This document shows, one piece after another, positions 42,101 to 44,392 of a stretch of DNA of 44,392 nucleotides. The first letter of the stretch is position 1. Each line of letters begins with the position of its first letter. The notes beneath the pieces were generated by a model that saw nothing but the letters and a program-made list of their open reading frames with translations, made no database searches and was not told the DNA's origin. This DNA is from Paraglomus brasilianum (lineage: Eukaryota). Location: NCBI GenBank assembly GCA_910592345.1, contig CAJVPI010000188.1, positions 1-44,392 of the forward strand, given 5' to 3'. The position numbers and the translations under genes are program-made.

Positions 42101-42407
42101 TGTCAAAACTCACCCAACAAATGGCTAACACGCCTGCGTATTTGGGATTCAACCTCACTTCACCGTCTAAAGTAGCGCCAAGTCGAAAACCAACTAAAAA
42201 AGCAAACAACGCGCTTTGTAAAGTAGTTACAGCAACAACCGTTGTATCCCTCTTTACAGTTGAAAAGCGGACTCCCGCGTCGGGTGAATCACCAGACAAT
42301 AGAATAGAATCGAAAGTATGTTGTTTGCGTAGTTGTATGGTTAATATCAGAGAACTGATACATGCTGTTAGCGCAGGAGGTAGTACGTGGATCCACGACA
42401 TATCCAT
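36184..42407 (-). CDS. ABCC/MRP-family ABC transporter (Ycf1/Ybt1-like), many exons
   Basis: N-terminal TM extension and two TMDs. NBD1 has [25 protein letters not shown] and LLDD. NBD2 has [31 protein letters not shown] and [34 protein letters not shown] is present; stop at 36184-36186. Confidence 0.95.
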
Positions 42408-42614
42408 CTTTGACAATATTCGAAGGGAATAAAGAGTCAGATAGATTAGTTTACAGGCGTATCAGTATATAAATACTAATAGTCAAAGCTTTCCTAATTA
42501 AGGTTGATCGATCTTACGTGCCAGGCAGCCGTGCGCACAGAACTTCATGCGCAATTGTACGAGTTTGGTTACAAGTATTCCTCGGCGCCCATCTGTGTAT
42601 AGTCGATCTTGGCT

Positions 42615-42665
42615 GATAATGTAATAATAGTAATAATATAATAATGATGATAATAATGATGATAC
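42615..42665 (+). repeat. Degenerate (TAA/TGA)n microsatellite
   Basis: taataatagtaataatataataatgatgataataatgatgat. Confidence 0.7.
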
Positions 42666-43097
42666 ATACAATCCAATCGAACCTCCATAAAAGAACCCAC
42701 AATTTCCTATATAGAACATTTTATCGTGGAACAGAACTGATTATGATCTATTAGTAAGTTTCCCTTTGTTTAATTGTAGAACTTTGCTCAATTTATATTA
42801 AATTCCTCGTAAAACTGATAATACTAATGCATTAATATGGATCGATAAACTCGATAAACCGATTATAAGGTAGTACACCATATTTTAATTTAATAACAAA
42901 TGTCTTGTACTACTGAGGATATAATTAATCTGACTATAAAAGGCATAATAATAAACAGACTACATTGACACTTATTTATATTGTTATAAATAATAATTTA
43001 CAAATTTAATAGAAAGCGTCCACACCCTATGGTAGAACACGTCCCGACTGTTAGTAACAAACTATTTCGCTCACACGAAAAACAGTAATATATTCAT

Positions 43098-43285
43098 CTC
43101 AAGAACGCTTTCTGCATTTTGAGCTATGAGCTTTTATTATTTTCTTATTATGACATCAAAGGTCGTTTCACCTACTCTCGAACAAATATCAAAAGCCTAG
43201 CCTTAAATTGACATCCTGATAGGTGAAGTTCTAAAGTTTCAAAGAACAAGACAGGCTAATGAAAAGATGCGAGAGTTAAACAATA
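43098..43285 (+). pseudogene. Possible J-domain (DnaJ) relic
   Basis: Fragments in order across frameshifts: LKNAFCILS, PTLEQISKA, LALN*HPDR* and ANEKMRELN. Confidence 0.5.
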
Positions 43286-43399
43286 AGATACAAAGCAAAG
43301 AATTGACATGCTCAAGGGCTGATTATGAGAAGTGGATTTGACAATTGGGAAGTCTTCCGCCCGACAATGTTTGAATTAACAAACTCAGCCACTTCCATT

Positions 43400-43930
43400 A
43401 TAACTCCTCGATTGATTAACTTTGTATTTGGTAACACTCCATAGGATATCAGTAATTGGCTTGAGGAATAGCTGAAAGAGACTGGTTTTGAGCAACAGCA
43501 TTATCATACTTATGAATTCGATCAATGCAATAGTGTTTTCGATGTTGGATTTTGAAACTATATAATCCCGGCATCACACTGCTGAGGATATGCCGCAAAA
43601 GTAGGAGGTAAATATACCGCAATATTCGAAAACGTGGTATCACAATTGATCCTATGTGGTCTACAGTAACAGAATGCTTCAACGTAATTTGCGTAGTTTT
43701 ACCAAGTTTACAAACCAGTGATTGAAAATTGAAGTGTGGTCAAGTTCCAATAATATTGACCTGCCAGAGTACCTTGTCAATTCCGTTGAGTGGGGATATT
43801 TATGGACCTACAGAGGTTTCAATTTTTCTCCTGTAGCACTTATAGTAAACATTAGCGTACGCGATCTTTTGCTTTCTTTCGTCTGTTACAGGGCGATAAA
43901 GGTGCAGTTTATCACAATTGAAAAAGTTTT
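43400..43930 (-). pseudogene. Decayed pogo/Tigger DDE_1 transposase
   Basis: Frameshifted FNCD, RKKAKDRV.LMFTISATGEKLKPL*VHKY, YYWN, IFNHW, SILLL and YSFKIQHRKHY follow the DDE_1 motif order. Confidence 0.75.
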
Positions 43931-43997
43931 CAATTGTACTGTATATTAATATGACTGAATAAGTTGTTGTAATCCATTACGGAATCTTGCAGAATTA

Positions 43998-44138
43998 CCG
44001 TATTCTTCCGAAAACAAGCAACACCCGAAATAAGCAACACCTGTTTTACATAGGTTCCGAAAATAAGCAACACCTGTTTTACATAGATTCCGAAAATAAA
44101 CAACACCTGCTTTACATAGGTTCCGAAATAAGCAACAC
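43998..44138 (+). mobile_element. Probable terminus of a pogo/Tc2-type DNA element with a 33-bp subterminal tandem array
   Basis: TA|CCGTATTCTTCCGAAAACAAGCAACAC, then CCGAAA(A)TAAGCAACAC-type cores at 44008, 44025, 44057, 44090 and 44123. The unit is TTCCGAAAATAAGCAACACCTGTTTTACATAGG. The other end was not found in the window. Confidence 0.65.
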
Positions 44139-44392
44139 TTCGGAAAAATTGATTACTTTATTATTACAATAAAAAAATTATAAAATTGTCGGAAAAGATT
44201 AATCCGTCTCATCAATGATGTCAATAATAATCATTCTCGCCAATGACGAAGTCAGTGGTATTATCGTCATCATGATTATTATCATCATTAACACCAACCC
44301 GCTTACTTTTCTCCTTTGTTTCGCTTGTCCATTTTGAACTTGCACTTACCCAACGACTTACCATACCACAATCAATGTCAAAGTGTCTTGCT

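Noticed and set aside
44008..44138. CRISPR-like array
   Set aside because: The intervening sequences are near-identical rather than unique spacers, there are no cas genes, and the context is eukaryotic.

Overview
AT-rich, intron-rich eukaryotic DNA. The gene set and short GT-AG introns point to an early-diverging fungus, most likely Mucoromycota/Glomeromycotina (inference). I can support eleven protein-coding genes: an IFI6/IFI27-like membrane protein, a Kin4/Ppk1-like kinase, a MARCH5-like RING-CH ligase, a UPF0357/DUF2015 protein, DNA polymerase delta subunit 3 (Cdc27/POLD3; the ORF track shows only unrecognisable pieces of it), eIF4A-III/FAL1, ERG26, a spliced orphan, an Irc21-like cytochrome b5 protein, a pepsin-family protease and an ABCC transporter. 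Between them lie decayed DNA transposons: pogo/Tigger DDE_1 remnants, a Sola-like remnant, several TA-flanked MITEs and a 2.2-kb inverted-repeat cassette. I found no rRNA, tRNA or CRISPR and cannot support a new multi-gene system. The best leads are the foldback cassette with a possible captured exon, the repeat-linker Cdc27, the Walker A microexons, the DSGA-type basic protease and two TGA-interrupted relics. All gene models were read by eye and no database searches were run.
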